This document shows positions 39,683 to 41,647 of a stretch of DNA of 41,647 nucleotides, one piece after another. The first letter of the stretch is position 1, and each line of letters opens with the position of its first letter. The translations under genes were made by a program, and so were the position numbers. Source of the stretch: a virus; IMG/VR virus record IMGVR_UViG_3300011240_000001, positions 1-41,647 of that record; one strand, given 5' to 3'. The notes under the pieces were generated by a model. It worked only from the letters and a program-made list of their open reading frames with translations. It did not search any database and was not told the DNA's origin.

Positions 39683-40280
39683 TGAAGACTGGCATGCAGA
39701 CCGGTGCGGAAAAATCACTGCAAGCCGAATCAAGGATATTGATGCCAAACCCATGAAAGGCAAAGCACACAATGCCCTAACCTTAACTATTCTGACTGAG
39801 CGCCTTACTGGCGTTCAGGAGGAAACTAAAACCACAAGCCTAATGCAATGGGGTATTGATCAAGAGCCTTATGCGATTGCTGCCTATGAAAATGAAACCG
39901 GTAATTTTGTAGTTGGAACAGGTCTGATTGATCACCCGGTTATCAAAATGAGTGGTGCTAGTCCTGATGGGTTGGTGGGTAAAGATGGGCAAATCGAGGC
40001 TAAATGTCCAAGCTCGCAAACTCACTTAAATACTATTTTGACTAAAGAAGTACCTGCTGAATATGTGCCACAGATCACCTGGCAATTGGCTTGTACTCGT
40101 CGCAAGTGGTGTGACTTTGTGAGCTATGACCCTCGCCTGCCTGAGCATTTGCAACTGGTGGTTATTCGGGTGAATGCAGAGGACTTGGATATCGCAGGTA
40201 TTGAGCAGTCAGTGATTCGGTTTAATCAAAAAATTGATCAGATCATTGCTGAATTGGATCTGCAGAAGGTGGCAGCATGA
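39663..40280 (+). CDS. YqaJ-type (lambda Exo-like, PD-(D/E)XK) recombination exonuclease
   Basis: QRSEDWHADRCGKITASR, ASPDG and QIEAKCP motifs are present. AAGGAG lies before ATG 39663. Confidence 0.8.
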   Translation: MTIHQRSEDWHADRCGKITASRIKDIDAKPMKGKAHNALTLTILTERLTGVQEETKTTSLMQWGIDQEPYAIAAYENETGNFVVGTGLIDHPVIKMSGASPDGLVGKDGQIEAKCPSSQTHLNTILTKEVPAEYVPQITWQLACTRRKWCDFVSYDPRLPEHLQLVVIRVNAEDLDIAGIEQSVIRFNQKIDQIIAELDLQKVAA

Positions 40281-40573
40281 AAATTAAAGAAGGTGGTGTG
40301 ATGGAAGATAACAAATTATGGGCAGTCAATATTCCTGAAGAACCTGATTCAGAAGAAATTTTATACCCTGTTCCATCAAAAGAATTGGGTGAGCAAGTTG
40401 TTCAGCGCTTGCGTAAAGAGGCTATTGAGGCATTTGAAACAGTTGGTGAATGCATTGCTGAAGCGGTCACTCTTGAGGAATGGGATCTTTCTGCTGATGA
40501 ACATTCTAAATACTTGCAAGAAAACCCTAATTGGTGGGATGAAACTACCTTTTTAGATGATGAGGTGGCGTGA
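40277..40573 (+). CDS. Highly acidic hypothetical protein
   Basis: ATGA overlap with the upstream gene. The sequence is rich in E and D throughout. Confidence 0.6.
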   Translation: MKIKEGGVMEDNKLWAVNIPEEPDSEEILYPVPSKELGEQVVQRLRKEAIEAFETVGECIAEAVTLEEWDLSADEHSKYLQENPNWWDETTFLDDEVA

Positions 40574-41067
40574 TGGATATTCAAAAAGAAAGAGAAGTTT
40601 TTGAGGCTTGGGTTGGTTCAAATGGTAGAAGCATAGAGCGTTTTTCTGATGGCTCATATAAGTCAATGACTTTGGATAAAGAATGGGAAGCATGGCAAGC
40701 AGCCAAAGCCCAAGCGGTGCCGGACCTAGGTGAGCTGCAAGAAAGGATTGCAGGACACCAGTATTACCATGATGAACATGGCCACATGATTGTAGATATG
40801 GATGATGTGGTTAAGGAGATCAGCGGATTTGATAGTTGGAAAGCCCAAGCGGTGCCGGAAGGGTTTGTTTTGGTTAAGAAAGAGTTGCCTGAGCAGATTG
40901 CGGAAAAAATGGCGATTGATCGCATCGATAAGCCAAGACACGAGAATGATCCGGTTTGGAGTGAAATTGCGGAGCAATCATATAAGGATCAGGTCAAATC
41001 TAAAAAGTGGGAATTTTGGCGTGATTATAAAGCCATGATTGAAGCACAGGAGCCAGCCAATGACTGA
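40570..41067 (+). CDS. Hypothetical protein with an internal in-frame duplication
   Basis: The 20-mer AAAGCCCAAGCGGTGCCGGA occurs at 40705-40724 and 40840-40859. Both copies encode KAQAVP. Confidence 0.6.
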   Translation: MMDIQKEREVFEAWVGSNGRSIERFSDGSYKSMTLDKEWEAWQAAKAQAVPDLGELQERIAGHQYYHDEHGHMIVDMDDVVKEISGFDSWKAQAVPEGFVLVKKELPEQIAEKMAIDRIDKPRHENDPVWSEIAEQSYKDQVKSKKWEFWRDYKAMIEAQEPAND

Positions 41068-41296
41068 TAAATGCGTAAATACAGGGAACTGGCTAAATAT
41101 GTGCGATGCCTTAAGTGAAGTCACTCGCAATGAATATGGTGATATTCAAGCACAGCGCATGAGTCATCGTGAAATAAATTCTGTCCGACTTCAAATTGTT
41201 GCAGGTCGATTTAAGAAAAACCGTGTGGTTTTGAATCACTGCCCTTTTTGTGGTGTTGATATTCGCACTGAACATAAGGAGCAAGCCAATGACTGA
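41060..41296 (+). CDS. Hypothetical Cys-rich protein
   Basis: The ATG lies within the junction GCCAATGACTGA. HCPFCG suggests a zinc ribbon. Confidence 0.55.
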   Translation: MTDKCVNTGNWLNMCDALSEVTRNEYGDIQAQRMSHREINSVRLQIVAGRFKKNRVVLNHCPFCGVDIRTEHKEQAND

Positions 41297-41396
41297 GAAC
41301 ATATTCTTTATTTTACTAGGTTTATTTTTATTGGTTTTCTGCTTATTTCCTCATCTGTACTTGTTGTGGTTGTTCAGTGTTGGAGGTGAGGAATGA
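41289..41396 (+). CDS. 35-aa hydrophobic peptide, not in the ORF track
   Basis: The ATG lies within the second GCCAATGACTGA junction. It translates as MTENIFFILLGLFLLVFCLFPHLYLLWLFSVGGEE and has an ATGA overlap with the next gene. Confidence 0.5.
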   Translation: MTENIFFILLGLFLLVFCLFPHLYLLWLFSVGGEE

Positions 41397-41647
41397 CTGA
41401 AATTCAACAAACAAACATTGCTGTGGCCAACTTCATCATTGATCAGCTGTATAAAGAGAAGCCTTTCAATTTGGTTTTGGATGCAGGTCAGACCGGATCT
41501 TTATACAACATCGCGAGTGAGTCACATCACTTGCACAGTGATTTTGTTCGCAAGCTGGAAGCAACTTTAAGACAGCGCGTGAACAATGGTACTGGCGTGA
41601 TTCTTGAGATTAATAGCAATGCTGATCTGTATTACCACATGCTGTCA
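41393..41647 (+). CDS. N-terminal part of the hypothetical protein that continues at bases 79-138 after circular closure
   Basis: SD GGAGGTGAGG lies before ATG 41393. The frame is open to the window end and continuous with 1-138. Confidence 0.75.
   Translation, partial: MTEIQQTNIAVANFIIDQLYKEKPFNLVLDAGQTGSLYNIASESHHLHSDFVRKLEATLRQRVNNGTGVILEINSNADLYYHMLS
41570..41647. repeat. Terminal overlap, identical to 1-78
   Basis: Direct comparison shows identity. Confidence 0.95.

Larger units (their letters stand above)
1..41647. mobile_element. Complete temperate siphovirus-type phage genome (lambdoid organisation, HK97-like head), circularly closed in this window
   Basis: Integration, lysis, tail, head, packaging, antitermination, replication, immunity and recombination modules are all present. 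The ends overlap by 78 identical bases. Confidence 0.9.

Noticed and set aside
4368-41059. Longer upstream starts in the ORF track (4368, 8829, 18632, 23823, 29249, 29730, 32055, 34707, 35375, 38804, 39618, 41039).
   Set aside because: Each uses GTG or TTG, lacks an SD, or overlaps the preceding gene or a terminator extensively. In each case an internal ATG with a good SD or an ATGA/TAATG coupling gives a protein of the expected family length.

Overview
The window is one complete temperate phage genome. Bases 1-78 are identical to 41570-41647, and one ORF reads across that junction, so the unit length is the window minus 78 bp. I saw no rRNA, tRNA, CRISPR array or transposase. The layout is lambdoid with an HK97-type head.

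Plus-strand block:
- cI-like repressor (36730-37452).
- An operator-controlled early operon (37620-41647, wrapping to 1-708) that holds RecT plus a YqaJ-type exonuclease and ends in an excisionase-like gene.
- attP (709-1009).
- A P4-type tyrosine integrase (1010-2224) and a translationally coupled membrane protein (2224-2859).

Minus-strand block (36618 down to 2904), in transcription order:
- cro-like gene and a Rha/KilAC antirepressor.
- Lambda O-like initiator with four internal iterons, then a lambda P-like loader.
- Dam-type methylase and a nin-like region with RusA.
- Q-like antiterminator, followed by a late promoter and two identical terminators.
- YbcO-like and NinB-like genes, then HNH, terS and terL.
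- A free-standing homing-endonuclease-like gene, prohead protease, major capsid protein and portal. This order is not the canonical one.
- Head-tail connectors, a terminator-insulated Rha cassette and the major tail protein.
- G/GT chaperone with a GGGAAAG -1 frameshift site.
- A two-gene moron (membrane HIRAN-domain protein plus lipoprotein).
- Tape measure with an embedded M15-type peptidase motif, then M/L/K/I-J-like tip proteins and two fibre genes.
- An oppositely oriented acyltransferase-3 gene.
- A lysis pair at the far end.

The candidates most worth follow-up are:
- the HIRAN plus lipoprotein cassette;
- the convergent small-gene pair just downstream of the Q-controlled promoter;
- the membrane-tethered GH108 lysin, which sits behind terminators with no spanin gene nearby;
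- the roughly 27-kb late operon, which crosses at least 13 strand-specific terminators.

The host is probably a moderately AT-rich gammaproteobacterium. The proteins remind me of Acinetobacter prophages, but I could not verify that. All functional calls come from motifs read by eye and from gene order, not from database searches.
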